Virus record (IMG/VR): IMGVR_UViG_3300028027_000047 | Span: 1-64,000 of that record | Direction: 5' to 3' (one strand) | From: a virus | Length of the DNA stretch: 64,000 nt | In this document: positions 18,619-29,007 of the stretch, one piece after another | Position numbering within the stretch: position 1 is the stretch's first letter | Layout of the letters: the number at the start of each line of letters is the position of its first letter | Translations under genes and position numbers: made by a program | Notes under the pieces: generated by a model | What the model was told of the DNA's origin: nothing | What the model saw: only the letters and a program-made list of their open reading frames with translations | Database searches by the model: none

Positions 18619-20424
18619 ATGTCATATAAAAGCGTAGTCTTAAATGACCATCCAACATCGTTTTATCTATTAGATGAAGTTAGATCTGGAAGCGTTGGAT
18701 CATACTCTGGAATAATCTCACAATTTGCAACATACCAGGCTTTAAAAGACAGTGGCCTCACATATTCTGCCCTTAGCGGACTTCCAGTTTATGATTATTC
18801 TGGAAATGTTAATGATGGCTATGCGGTAAACACTTCAAACAAAGAACTAATGCCTTTAATTTCTGGCGGGATAAGAGGAACCCAGGTACTCGCAGATACA
18901 GGAATTCACTATACCCCCAAAGGAATTGCAAACGAATATAATAGCGATGATTCTTTTACAATTGAAGCCTGGTGCCTTTTACCGACAGTTGAAAGTGATA
19001 TAACAATAGTTGCAGACACATCAATTAATGCAGGTCTTTTTTATAAAAATGGAAATATTATTTTTAGAATAGGTTCTATTGAAGCACAACATACCGTGTC
19101 AAATATAGAGTCACTATATATTGCTGGAGTATATCAAAACGATTCAATTTCTCTTTATATAAATGGATACATTGTTGATTCAGTATCAACAGAAGGGTAT
19201 AGATTTTCTAACTCGGATATTGATTTTAAAACAGGCCCAGCAGATGGTAAATTTATAATAGATTGTGTAGGATTTTATAAATTTAATCTTTCAGATAGCC
19301 AAATTAAAAATCATTATGTTGAAGGTATAAAAGAAATTAACTCATCTCAAATAGTTGATACAGATGGAGGATACATGTTTAGCATGAACTCTTTCCCTAT
19401 AAGACCTAAATTTAAATTCTCTTATCCAGGCTCTAAATCTTGGTCTGATGTTGTGGGAAGTGGAATATCTGTATCTGACGATGGGTCGTATATATATTTC
19501 CCAAAGACAGATGTATCAGTAGCAGCAACCCACTCATTTATAGATTATTTTATTGTCCCCGATTATTTAAATATATCAACCAGCCAAATACACTGGTCAA
19601 ATGATGTAAAAGGCATAAAGGTACATGTAAAAATAAGCGGAGAAGAATGGGCGGAATGTAAAAATGGAAGCCCAATGCCATACTTTAATAAGAACAGTAA
19701 TAAAATAGGAACCGTTATATACATTAGGGTTACCATGTCATCAGACGATACAAGTAAGTATCAGCCTATATTAAAAAATTTAGAAATCATGTTCTATAGT
19801 TCAAAAAACTTTTATAGCGATAATTCTGGTTACTATGTATCTTCAAGCTTTGATTATGCTTTGCCTAAAAACAATAGCAGAGTCTTGTCTTATAACAAAA
19901 ATAATGGATTAAGGATGCATGCTGGCCACGGCTTCTCATTAAATAATGTACCTCCAGTAAGATCGGTAGAAATGATATTCACACCAGAATCTGGAGAAAA
20001 TGTTCTAGTCTCAGCATCTTCAAAAATATATGAGTGGTCATCTTTAGGAGCCATATCAAAAACAGCGGTTGCATCAATATATGTAAATGGTATAAATAGG
20101 ACATCCGAAACAAATGTATTTGATTTTCTAGCAATAGGCCTACCTCATCATATTGTAATTACCTTTACCTCCGATGCGACAAATCTTAAATTTAATCAAA
20201 ATCAGTCTGACTCAAAATACGGCATAGGCCATATGTATAACAACCTGGCCATATATGAATCTGCTCTATCAGAGGCCAAAGTATTAAATCATTACCTGCT
20301 CTATACTGGAAATATTGTAAATACAGTAAACGACACAAGCATGACCATCCTTGAAGCAACAACTGGCAATAACCTTACCCCCTTCACATTGACTTCTGTA
20401 GAGCCTTTGTCAATAAGCCTTTAA
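18619..20424 (+). CDS. LamG/concanavalin-A-like lectin-fold virion protein
   Basis: SY...L.D.P..FY.LDE N-terminus; FTIEAW, LYINGY and LS..QI..HY LamG motifs, with a second copy at the C-terminus. Confidence 0.7.
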   Translation: MSYKSVVLNDHPTSFYLLDEVRSGSVGSYSGIISQFATYQALKDSGLTYSALSGLPVYDYSGNVNDGYAVNTSNKELMPLISGGIRGTQVLADTGIHYTPKGIANEYNSDDSFTIEAWCLLPTVESDITIVADTSINAGLFYKNGNIIFRIGSIEAQHTVSNIESLYIAGVYQNDSISLYINGYIVDSVSTEGYRFSNSDIDFKTGPADGKFIIDCVGFYKFNLSDSQIKNHYVEGIKEINSSQIVDTDGGYMFSMNSFPIRPKFKFSYPGSKSWSDVVGSGISVSDDGSYIYFPKTDVSVAATHSFIDYFIVPDYLNISTSQIHWSNDVKGIKVHVKISGEEWAECKNGSPMPYFNKNSNKIGTVIYIRVTMSSDDTSKYQPILKNLEIMFYSSKNFYSDNSGYYVSSSFDYALPKNNSRVLSYNKNNGLRMHAGHGFSLNNVPPVRSVEMIFTPESGENVLVSASSKIYEWSSLGAISKTAVASIYVNGINRTSETNVFDFLAIGLPHHIVITFTSDATNLKFNQNQSDSKYGIGHMYNNLAIYESALSEAKVLNHYLLYTGNIVNTVNDTSMTILEATTGNNLTPFTLTSVEPLSISL

Positions 20425-20449
20425 ATATTGCATTTCTTTGTCACAAATC

Positions 20450-20478
20450 TGGACTTTGGTCTTATATAATGGTATGAT
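20450..20478 (+). promoter_or_regulatory. Sigma-70-type promoter for the head operon
   Basis: TGGACT, 17-bp spacer, TATGAT with extended TG. Confidence 0.55.
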
Positions 20479-20486
20479 TGTGGTCT

Positions 20487-20825
20487 ATGGATATCTTAAA
20501 TAAAAATACCAGGATTGTTGAAGAGACAACCCTAGGAATCTATGTGTGGGAAATGCCTGATGGCAGATGGATTGGGGATGACGATGGCAATTTTCTTTCG
20601 ATCACATCAATCAAAGGCAATAGATCCAGAATCGATGCTTTGGCTAGAGAAGTTCGCTCATACGGTATTCATGAGGGCCAGCCTAAATTCCTTTCTGGGA
20701 GAAGAAAGATCAATGACGAAGAGCTTGAAGAGCAAGAACAAAGACTTAGATGGGGACTCCCCCCAGATCCATACGACATAGGAGTTTACAAGGACTCTGT
20801 ATCAAGAGGCGGTAAAGTGCAATGA
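20487..20825 (+). CDS. Hypothetical protein upstream of the portal
   Basis: ATGA overlap with the portal gene. Confidence 0.7.
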   Translation: MDILNKNTRIVEETTLGIYVWEMPDGRWIGDDDGNFLSITSIKGNRSRIDALAREVRSYGIHEGQPKFLSGRRKINDEELEEQEQRLRWGLPPDPYDIGVYKDSVSRGGKVQ

Positions 20826-22411
20826 CACGTAATATAGAAGTTTTAGAAGATGATGAGTCATCTAATACAATTGATATTTCAAATACATCTGACTGGTTTC
20901 ATTTTCAAAAAGCAGAAGAATCTGAAGACCCATTTAAAATGGGACTAGAAGAAATTAAAAAGCTTAGAGGTTTAGGAACAAACTTTAAACGCAAAATCAA
21001 CCGTGATTTTTCAAAAGCATTTGTTGGAAAAGATGACGCTGGTACTCAACAAAATCTTTTGCAGCAAGCAATTAGCGGATATGCATTATTTGATCTTGTA
21101 GAACCAACCTATAACCTAGAATACCTTTCAAAAATTTATGAGGTTTCAACATATAACTACGCAGCAATTAATGCCAAGGTTTCAAATATTGTTGGTCTAG
21201 GATATATGTTTACGGAGACATCAAAAGCAAAAGATGCAATGGATGCCATAACCGATCAAAAGCAGGTCGACAGAGCACGTGCAAAAATTGATAGAATTAA
21301 AACACAGCTAGATCGCTGGCTTGATGATTGCAACGAAGAAGAGTCATTTACAGAGACCCTTATAAAGGCCTACACGGACCTTGAGGCGACTGGAAACGGC
21401 TACATAGAGATTGGACGTACAACTGCTGGAGACATAGGCTACATAGGCCACATACCAGCCAAGACAATGCGTGTACGCAGATTCCGTGATGGATTTATTC
21501 AATTGCTTTATGGCAAGGCGGTTTACTTCCGCAATTTTGGAGACCTTGAAACACCAAGCCCAATTGCTGGTCAAGAAGATCGACCAAATGAAATTATACA
21601 TTTAAAGAAATACACTCCAATGAATAACTACTACGGAGTCCCAGATATTATTGCAGCACAACAAGCGCTGGCAGGAAACGAATTTGCTGGAAGATACAAC
21701 TTAGACTACTTTGAAAACAAGGCGGTCCCAAGATATATTATTACAGTAAAGGGAGCAAAGCTTTCACCAGAGTCAGAAAGAAAATTGCTTGAGTTTTTCC
21801 AGGTTGGACTAAAAGGCAAGAATCACAGATCCCTCTATATCCCACTTCCAGCCGATACACCAGACTCAAAGACTGAATTTAAGATGGAGCCAATTGAAGC
21901 AGGAGAGCAAGAGTCTTCATTTAATATCTATCGTAAGTCTAATAGAGATGAAATTCTATTGGCTCACCGTGTTCCAATTAGCAAGATCGGTATCCCAGAG
22001 GGAGTTAACCTAGCAGCTGCCAGAGATGCAGATAAAACATTTAAAGAGCAGGTTTGTAGACCATCACAAGACAGACTTGAAAAGAAATTAAATTATTTAA
22101 TTGCAGAAAAAACAGATGTTGTACAATTAAAATTCAACGAGCTTAGCCTTACTGATGAAGAGACTCAAAGCCGTATTGATGAAATTTATTTAAGAATGCA
22201 GGTAATAACTCCAAACGAAGTTCGTATTAGAAAGAATATGACAACCGTTGACGGCGGGGACGAAATGGTAGATTTAAAGCCGCAGCAGGTGGCTGACCAG
22301 AAAGCAAAATCCACTGGAAATAAAAAGCGAGATCAGCAAAGATCCGCTAATGCCCCAGATAAAAGCGGAGAAGCCAGAAACCCCAAGGGCGATGGTCCAA
22401 AAGTCAAATAA
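20822..22411 (+). CDS. Portal protein
   Basis: DLEATGNGYIEI, EIIHLK...YYGVP, YFENKAVP, ITPNEVR (HK97/PBSX-type portal). Confidence 0.93.
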   Translation: MTRNIEVLEDDESSNTIDISNTSDWFHFQKAEESEDPFKMGLEEIKKLRGLGTNFKRKINRDFSKAFVGKDDAGTQQNLLQQAISGYALFDLVEPTYNLEYLSKIYEVSTYNYAAINAKVSNIVGLGYMFTETSKAKDAMDAITDQKQVDRARAKIDRIKTQLDRWLDDCNEEESFTETLIKAYTDLEATGNGYIEIGRTTAGDIGYIGHIPAKTMRVRRFRDGFIQLLYGKAVYFRNFGDLETPSPIAGQEDRPNEIIHLKKYTPMNNYYGVPDIIAAQQALAGNEFAGRYNLDYFENKAVPRYIITVKGAKLSPESERKLLEFFQVGLKGKNHRSLYIPLPADTPDSKTEFKMEPIEAGEQESSFNIYRKSNRDEILLAHRVPISKIGIPEGVNLAAARDADKTFKEQVCRPSQDRLEKKLNYLIAEKTDVVQLKFNELSLTDEETQSRIDEIYLRMQVITPNEVRIRKNMTTVDGGDEMVDLKPQQVADQKAKSTGNKKRDQQRSANAPDKSGEARNPKGDGPKVK

Positions 22412-22428
22412 GTTTAATCAACTGTTAT

Positions 22429-22457
22429 TTGCGTTATAGTAGATAAACCACTAAAAT
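22429..22457 (+). promoter_or_regulatory. Sigma-70-type promoter, probably leaderless
   Basis: TTGCGT, 17-bp spacer, TAAAAT; ATG 7 nt downstream; no SD. Confidence 0.6.
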
Positions 22458-22464
22458 TAACCAT

Positions 22465-23817
22465 ATGAACATTGAAAAAGGCCATTGGTCTAGTAATGGC
22501 GAAAATCTACATTTGTCGATTCCGTTTACTAAGGTCAATCGAGAAAATAGAACTGTATCTGGTTTTGCAACATTAGACAATGTTGACCAGACAGGCGATG
22601 TAGTCACAGCAGAAGCAAGCGTAAAAGCTTTTGAAAACTTCAGAGGAAATCTTCGTGAGATGCATCAGTCAAATGCAGTTGGTAAAGTTGTTTCATTCAA
22701 GCCAGAAACATACTACGATCAAAAGTCTCAAACTTTTTACAATGGCGTTTATGTAACTTCATACATTTCAAAGGGTGCACAAGATACTTGGGAAAAAGTT
22801 CTTGATGGCACTCTTTCTGGTTTTTCAATCGGCGGAAAGATTAAAGAGTCAGACAACGAAGTTAACAAAGCAACAGGAGAAGCAGTTAGATTTATTAAGG
22901 ACTATGATCTAGTTGAACTTTCAATTGTTGACTCACCAGCAAATGAGCTATGTAATATCTTGTCAATTGAAAAGGTTAATGGACAAATGATTTACAAAGG
23001 CCTTGCTACAAATGTAGTAACAGAAAATATTTTTTATTGCGAAGACAGCGACTCAGTGTTTATGTCTACAGAAAAAACTTTTGATTCACCTATATCTGGA
23101 AAACCAGCCTCGCTAATTGGTTGGGTAGAAAGTTCAGATATTAACAAGTCAAAAGAAATAGATAAGATTCTTGCTTCATTTAAGAAGTCAAGATTACCGT
23201 TGCCTGAAACACAATTAGCAAAACAGGCAAACGTAGAAGGAGGTAATAAAATGTCAGATACAAACATTGATAATGTTGTAGAAGCTCCAGTAGCAGAAGC
23301 AGCAATCGAATCAACTGACGCAGTAGCCGTAGAAGCTCCAGCAGCAGATGAAGCAAATGTCGATCTTTTTGACAAATCATCAGAAGTTGCAGAAGTTGCA
23401 ACTGAAGAAGCCTCTGCCGACAACGTTGAAAAAGCAGCCGATACAGTAGAAGTTATGGTTGATGAACCTGATTTTGCAAAAATGTTAGGCGATCTCAAAG
23501 GCTTTTTCGCAGAGACACTCACAAAAGCTACAGAAGCAAATGCTGCACAAGTTACAGAGATTAAGACATCTGTAGAAGCTTTCAGCAAAAGCGTCGACGA
23601 TAGAATTTCTGAGTTGGCAGAAAAGCACAGCGCACTTAGTGCTGCTGTGACAGAAATAAAGGGCACCATTGATGGTGTTCAAAAGCAGGTTGATGCCGTA
23701 GAAGGCGATACCGCAATTAAGAAGTCCTCTGACCTTGGCGGGTCTGAGGTATTTACCAAATCAAAATCAAAATGGTCTGGAGCTTTCCTCGGTTCCGTAA
23801 ATGAAATCTTTAACTAA
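22465..23817 (+). CDS. Prohead protease with a C-terminal acidic/coiled-coil scaffold region
   Basis: VSGFAT..NVD..GD, EMH, GFSIGG, ELSIVDSPAN; lies between portal and capsid. Confidence 0.9.
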   Translation: MNIEKGHWSSNGENLHLSIPFTKVNRENRTVSGFATLDNVDQTGDVVTAEASVKAFENFRGNLREMHQSNAVGKVVSFKPETYYDQKSQTFYNGVYVTSYISKGAQDTWEKVLDGTLSGFSIGGKIKESDNEVNKATGEAVRFIKDYDLVELSIVDSPANELCNILSIEKVNGQMIYKGLATNVVTENIFYCEDSDSVFMSTEKTFDSPISGKPASLIGWVESSDINKSKEIDKILASFKKSRLPLPETQLAKQANVEGGNKMSDTNIDNVVEAPVAEAAIESTDAVAVEAPAADEANVDLFDKSSEVAEVATEEASADNVEKAADTVEVMVDEPDFAKMLGDLKGFFAETLTKATEANAAQVTEIKTSVEAFSKSVDDRISELAEKHSALSAAVTEIKGTIDGVQKQVDAVEGDTAIKKSSDLGGSEVFTKSKSKWSGAFLGSVNEIFN

Positions 23818-23838
23818 AATAAGGTAGGTGAAATAAAA

Positions 23839-24888
23839 ATGAGTAATGAATTATTAGAAAAGGCCGCAGCAGCTGGTACAACAGTATCAACTGGGTTCGG
23901 TTCTTCAACAGGTGGTTCAGGCGTTCATGTTGCTTCAGAAAATGGCAACGGTGGACTTCTAAACCCAGAACAATCAGCAAGATTCTTGGACTATATGTTC
24001 GATGCTACCGTAATTGGTAAGGTTGCACGTACGGTTCGTATGAAATCCGACACAACAGAAATTGATCGCATGTCAGTAGGAGAAAAGCTTGTAAAGCTTG
24101 CATCCGAAGGAGAAAACACAGCCATAAACCAAGGCGTAACATTCTCAAAGATCTCTCTCACAACAAAGAAGCTCCGCATGGACTGGGAACTTTCAACTGA
24201 GTCTCTAGAAGACAACATCGAAGGTGCAGATCTTGAAGATCATATTGCACGTATGATGGCAACACAAGCTGGAAATGACATCGAAGATCTTATTCTTAAC
24301 GGTGATACATCACTTTCAAGCGATGCGCTGTACAAGTCATTTGACGGTGCAGTTAAGAAGGCAAAGACACATGGTCGCGTAGTAGATGCAGCAGGTGCGG
24401 GAATTTCTCGTGACATCTTCAACAAGGCTCTTAAGGCAATGCCACGTAAGTACAAGCAACGTCGTACAGACCTTCGCTTCCTTTCTGGATCAAACTTGAT
24501 CCAAGATTACTTGTTCTCTAACTCACAGAACATTCAGAACGTTACTCCACAAGATATTGCCTCTGGCATTATCCGTGGCGATGTTCCTGTTCTTGGAGGC
24601 CCAGCAGGATATGTAGCTCCATACGCATTTGGTATTCCAATCGTTGAAGTTCCATTGCTTCCTGAGACACAGACAGGTACATACGCAAGCCCATCAGGTT
24701 CACACGGAGACGTCCACTTGACATTCCCAAATAACGTAGTTATTGGTATCAAGCGTGATGTAACTGTTTACCGCTTCTTCCAGCCACGTAAGGACACAAT
24801 CGAGTACACAATGTATACTCGTGTTGGCGTTCAAATCGAGCAGGCAGACGCTTGGGTCGTTGTAAAGAACGTTAAGGTTGCTTCTTAA
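23839..24888 (+). CDS. Major capsid protein (HK97 fold)
   Basis: GGLLNPEQ..RF, ELSTESLEDNIEG, ILNGD, GIPIVEVP; position in the head module. Confidence 0.93.
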   Translation: MSNELLEKAAAAGTTVSTGFGSSTGGSGVHVASENGNGGLLNPEQSARFLDYMFDATVIGKVARTVRMKSDTTEIDRMSVGEKLVKLASEGENTAINQGVTFSKISLTTKKLRMDWELSTESLEDNIEGADLEDHIARMMATQAGNDIEDLILNGDTSLSSDALYKSFDGAVKKAKTHGRVVDAAGAGISRDIFNKALKAMPRKYKQRRTDLRFLSGSNLIQDYLFSNSQNIQNVTPQDIASGIIRGDVPVLGGPAGYVAPYAFGIPIVEVPLLPETQTGTYASPSGSHGDVHLTFPNNVVIGIKRDVTVYRFFQPRKDTIEYTMYTRVGVQIEQADAWVVVKNVKVAS

Positions 24889-24914
24889 TTAATTAAGAAT
24901 TAGACTACAGAAAG

Positions 24915-24940
24915 GCCCCCAATTAATTTTGGGGGCTTTT
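24915..24940 (+). terminator. Intrinsic terminator after the capsid gene
   Basis: GCCCCCAA-loop-TTGGGGGC followed by TTTT. Confidence 0.85.
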
Positions 24941-24956
24941 CATTTAAATTTAACAA

Positions 24957-24965
24957 TGCTATAAT
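24957..24965 (+). promoter_or_regulatory. Extended -10 promoter
   Basis: TGCTATAAT upstream of AAGGAG SD and ATG 24996. Confidence 0.55.
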
Positions 24966-24995
24966 TAAAGGACCTAGAAAAAGGAGAAATAAAAT

Positions 24996-25388
24996 ATGTC
25001 GTTTGACACATTAAAGGTGGCTGAATTAAAAGTAATTGCAACAGATTTTGCAGTTGATACAGAAGGCCTAAAGAATAAAAAAGACATTATTGCAGCTCTA
25101 GCAGAAGAAGGCGTTACCTGGAGTGTATATCAAAGTACGGTAGAGGCAATTGAAAGAGACACAGAAGAAATTGAAATTCTTCCAAAGTTTGATCCAAAAG
25201 CGCAACCAGAAGATACCCTGCTTGTAAGAATGACAAGAGATAATCACAGATACGATATCCACGGATATACCTTTACAAAAGATCATCCTTTTATAGCAAT
25301 GTCTGAAGATGATGCTCAAAAAATCTTTGATACAGAGGAGGGTTTTCGTTTAGCGACACCAAAGGAAGTTCAAGACTTCTACAACTAA
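24996..25388 (+). CDS. Hypothetical head-associated protein (N-terminal HeH/Rho-N-like helix pair)
   Basis: LKVAELK.IA..F......KKDII..L pattern; strong SD. Confidence 0.6.
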   Translation: MSFDTLKVAELKVIATDFAVDTEGLKNKKDIIAALAEEGVTWSVYQSTVEAIERDTEEIEILPKFDPKAQPEDTLLVRMTRDNHRYDIHGYTFTKDHPFIAMSEDDAQKIFDTEEGFRLATPKEVQDFYN

Positions 25389-25404
25389 ACGTTAACATAA
25401 GCTA

Positions 25405-26373
25405 ATGGCAGAAATATATGTAAAGCAAGCTTCACCAGTAAGATTTAAATTATACTGGGGTGGAGAAATAACAGATGCAACTGGTAATGTAACTGCAGTA
25501 GTAAAAGAAGCATTGCCATCTGGTACTCTAAGCGCTACAATAGCAACTTATACTGCCACAAAACTAGATACAGATATTGGAACTTATGAGATTATAATTC
25601 CACATACAATTGCAAGCCAACCTAAAAAGCTTAGAATTGAATGGACTTACTCAGTATCTGGCGTATCCTCTTCAAACATTCAAATGGTAGATATTGTTAT
25701 GCCGTATGTAAATATATACGATGTAATTGACGATTTAAATATTGGGACAGACCCTTCTGACCCGAATCATAGAACATACAATGATCTACAGCAAGCAGAG
25801 AAGTATGCTAGAAAATTAATTGAAGCGTATACAAATCAATTTTTTCATAGTTATATTGGTACACAAATTGCACAAGGACATGGGTCAGACATTCTCCCAC
25901 TTCCAATTAGAATAGAGCAAATTACAAAACTTTATGAGCAAGACGTTAAAGTATTTGATTCTGAACTTTCCGTAAACAACTGGTTTTATATACCAATAGT
26001 TTCTGAATCAAATTATGGAGTCAGAGTTAATCTACAAGATCTTCAAGACGACACAATATACTCGGCAAACGGAATGGTTACCCCATCAGTTAATAGCAGG
26101 GGCCATTCTGGAACATTTAAGAAAGACTTGAGATATCAGGTTGAAGGCTTATTTGGCTGGAACTATGTGCCAGACAATGTTAAAGAGGCCTGTAAAATTT
26201 TAATGAAACAATACTTCGAGCAAGACCGTGCATGGAAAGATAAATACGTAAAAAACATAAGCACATTTGACTGGAAGTTTGAGTTCATGGAAGACGCACA
26301 CAGAGGAACTGGAAACTTATACGCGGATCAACTGCTTGCGCCATATGTAACAAATGGCATGGTCGTATTCTAA
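25405..26373 (+). CDS. Head-tail adaptor
   Basis: A..LIEAYTNQFF, G.FGW..VP..VK.A..IL and TGNLYADQLL.PY motifs; position. Confidence 0.75.
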   Translation: MAEIYVKQASPVRFKLYWGGEITDATGNVTAVVKEALPSGTLSATIATYTATKLDTDIGTYEIIIPHTIASQPKKLRIEWTYSVSGVSSSNIQMVDIVMPYVNIYDVIDDLNIGTDPSDPNHRTYNDLQQAEKYARKLIEAYTNQFFHSYIGTQIAQGHGSDILPLPIRIEQITKLYEQDVKVFDSELSVNNWFYIPIVSESNYGVRVNLQDLQDDTIYSANGMVTPSVNSRGHSGTFKKDLRYQVEGLFGWNYVPDNVKEACKILMKQYFEQDRAWKDKYVKNISTFDWKFEFMEDAHRGTGNLYADQLLAPYVTNGMVVF

Positions 26374-26799
26374 ATGAGCCTGGCAACTTCATTAATGCCA
26401 ATGAAGCTAGACATCTATCTTCAATTAGACACCCAAGATGAAAATACTGGTGCTATTAAAAAAGAATGGATATTCACTAGGTCTGTTCCATGTTCTGCAA
26501 AAGGAATGATTTCAAATTCTGGTACAGGAAGAGGCGGGGACAAGCAAACGTTTAACAACAAGTATATGAATGAGCAGATGCTTGAGATAAGAACGCCAGA
26601 CCCAATAACGTATAGAGAAAAAATTACTAACGTTAGAGATATGAATGGCAATGTAGTATGGAAAGAAATAAACTATCCAAATAACACTCCAACAGTATTT
26701 GAAGTTATAAGCTCTACCCCGATTACCGATCCATTTGGTAATGTCCTTGCATACAACTCTATTGCAAAGAGATCGGAGAATCAGGAAATTGGATTCTAG
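26374..26799 (+). CDS. Head closure/stopper protein
   Basis: Size, position and the QD..TG.IKKEW motif. Confidence 0.65.
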   Translation: MSLATSLMPMKLDIYLQLDTQDENTGAIKKEWIFTRSVPCSAKGMISNSGTGRGGDKQTFNNKYMNEQMLEIRTPDPITYREKITNVRDMNGNVVWKEINYPNNTPTVFEVISSTPITDPFGNVLAYNSIAKRSENQEIGF

Positions 26800-27577
26800 C
26801 GTAGCCTTAATTCAAACAGCAAGCGGCCTAGAAAGATTAATGGCAGGCTCAGTTCCAGGAGTTATCAAGGACAGTACTGTTGCACAGATATCCGCATTCC
26901 TATATTATGAAGCAGCAGTAATATCTAAATTGACTACAAATGAATCATTCAAGAATTTATTTAAAACAACTATCTTTAATCAGATAGAAAAAGATTTTGG
27001 ACTATATATGGATTCACAAGCAAGAACAAAGCCTAGGTCCTTGCACCATGTTTATGAATGGAATAAAACAGGCATGCCTTCTGCTAGACTATTTAAACTT
27101 TATGCAATTGAAATGGAAGGCTTGTCATTTAGAATAAACTATAATTTTAAATTATCAAAATCATCTGTACCCACCAAAAATAAAAAACAAAAGAAAAAAT
27201 ATGTATTTGGAAACAAGGCTGACGTGATGGAAGCTGGAATGCCCATAGTAATCCGCCCAAGGTCCGCTGAGCGCCTTGTATTCGAGATGGATGGTGAAAC
27301 AGTCTTTATGCCCAAAGGCACCTCAGTGACCGTTAGGAAGCCTGGTGGAGCACAAGCATCCCATCAGTTCTCACTATCTTATGGAAGATTTTTTGGCGGG
27401 CAATTAGTAAACTCTTCAATAAAATCATCAGGCCTACAAAGAATATTTAATTTAAAAATGGCAAAGGCTTTGGACGTACCCATGAATATTAAAAAGGTGC
27501 AATATAGCTTTACCCCTGGTAAAATAAGGATACAGGCAGACGCATCCTTGGATGCAGCATTTGGAGGCTCACTATGA
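26789..27577 (+). CDS. Neck/tail completion protein
   Basis: Position in the neck module; TTG start inferred. Confidence 0.55.
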   Translation: MDSSVALIQTASGLERLMAGSVPGVIKDSTVAQISAFLYYEAAVISKLTTNESFKNLFKTTIFNQIEKDFGLYMDSQARTKPRSLHHVYEWNKTGMPSARLFKLYAIEMEGLSFRINYNFKLSKSSVPTKNKKQKKKYVFGNKADVMEAGMPIVIRPRSAERLVFEMDGETVFMPKGTSVTVRKPGGAQASHQFSLSYGRFFGGQLVNSSIKSSGLQRIFNLKMAKALDVPMNIKKVQYSFTPGKIRIQADASLDAAFGGSL

Positions 27578-28083
27578 CCGTAGACTATAAAATAGACGCA
27601 ATGTTTGAGCTCCGTAAATTTTTGTGGAAAGAACTAAAAGATTCTTTTATATTTGATGCCTACGACTATTATTCAGATAATCTTGGTACGGAAATAATAC
27701 CCATAATCCCAGTACAGCAATCCCCAGAAATGGATCAATTTTTAAACGGCAAGAAGCATATAATCTATGACAAGATAGGGATGTCATATGAAGAGAACTG
27801 GTTAATATGCTGCGAGAAGATCCTATTTACAATATACTCCACAGACGTCACGGAAATATATGAGATTAGAAACCTCATGACTGATCTATTTAGAAGAATG
27901 GACGAATCGGCAGTAGATGTAAATGATCAAAATAGGCCTAGCAAGCTAAAGTTTCACAGCATCCATATTGTAGAGACATCCCCCATAGATCCGTCCATGG
28001 AGCTAAAGGGCTTTATGTCCACAGATGTGATCCTAGAAGTCAAGTATTCAAGGACCACAGACAAAAGCGGCAGATTCAACTAG
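27574..28083 (+). CDS. Tail terminator protein
   Basis: Acidic 169-aa ORF immediately before the major tail gene. Confidence 0.6.
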   Translation: MTVDYKIDAMFELRKFLWKELKDSFIFDAYDYYSDNLGTEIIPIIPVQQSPEMDQFLNGKKHIIYDKIGMSYEENWLICCEKILFTIYSTDVTEIYEIRNLMTDLFRRMDESAVDVNDQNRPSKLKFHSIHIVETSPIDPSMELKGFMSTDVILEVKYSRTTDKSGRFN

Positions 28084-28112
28084 TTGCTTTTAGTATAGTT
28101 ATCCAGTAAAAT
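28084..28112 (+). promoter_or_regulatory. Sigma-70-type promoter for the major tail gene
   Basis: TTGCTT, 17-bp spacer, TAAAAT. Confidence 0.55.
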
Positions 28113-28201
28113 TAGGCAAGAGGAAAAAGAGAGCCTAGCCAGCTTTGATTTAGATTTAAAAGTAAGTCAATATATATATTTATTTAATGGAGGTAATACA
28201 A

Positions 28202-28897
28202 ATGGCATCAGCCAAAAATATTCTAGTTGGAGCTTCTCCACTATTCTTGTCAGCACTTGATTCAACATCACAGGGCTACAAGGCAGACATGGAGCCAGGT
28301 TCAACCGACGGTGTAGCATTCGTTACAAAGAACGCAGCAGCAACACCACCAGTTCCAGCAACAGTTTCATACGCAGACACACTTAACGCAGCAGCAAATG
28401 CAGCAAAGTGGAGAAACGTAGGTTTCACAAATAACGGTCTTCAAATTACTTACAACCCATCATACGGTTCAGTAACAGTAGATCAGCTTCTTGACTCAGC
28501 AAAGCTTTTCAAAGAGTCAATGGAAGTTATGATCGCAACAGAGCTTGCAGAAGGTACTCTTGAGAACGTTCTTGCAGTATTCGGTCAGTCAGGATCAGCA
28601 GCAGTAACAGGCACTGGAGACTCAAAGAAGTCTACAATTGGTCTAGAAGCAGGAGCTCTTGGTATTGCACCAACAGAGCGCCAGCTAGTAGCAGTTGGAC
28701 AGGCACCTACAGAAGATGCAACAAAAGCAGAGCGTGTATACTATGCACGTCGTGTTCTTTCTGTACAACAGTCACAGTTCTCACTATCACGTAACGCAGC
28801 AACAACATTCCCAGTAACCTTCCGTCTACTACCAGTAGAGGCAAAGTCTGGCGCTGAATACGGTATTATCGTTGATCGTACCCTAGTAGCACTATAA
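28202..28897 (+). CDS. Major tail tube protein
   Basis: NILVGA, VGFTNNGLQITYNP...VDQLLD, AE.TLEN, FPVTFRLLP; GGAGGT SD. Confidence 0.85.
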   Translation: MASAKNILVGASPLFLSALDSTSQGYKADMEPGSTDGVAFVTKNAAATPPVPATVSYADTLNAAANAAKWRNVGFTNNGLQITYNPSYGSVTVDQLLDSAKLFKESMEVMIATELAEGTLENVLAVFGQSGSAAVTGTGDSKKSTIGLEAGALGIAPTERQLVAVGQAPTEDATKAERVYYARRVLSVQQSQFSLSRNAATTFPVTFRLLPVEAKSGAEYGIIVDRTLVAL

Positions 28898-28922
28898 TTA
28901 ATATTAATTAATTAATAGATTG

Positions 28923-28946
28923 CCCCCCAAGAAATTGGGGGGTTTT
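28923..28946 (+). terminator. Intrinsic terminator after the major tail gene
   Basis: CCCCCCAA-GAAA-TTGGGGGG followed by TTTT. Confidence 0.85.
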
Positions 28947-28949
28947 CTA

Positions 28950-28978
28950 TTGCTCTTGTATTTTGAATATGATACAAT
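28950..28978 (+). promoter_or_regulatory. Sigma-70-type promoter for chaperone/tape measure genes
   Basis: TTGCTC, 17-bp spacer, TACAAT with extended TG. Confidence 0.6.
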
Positions 28979-29007
28979 AATTAAGACAAGATCCTAGGAG
29001 GATTAAA

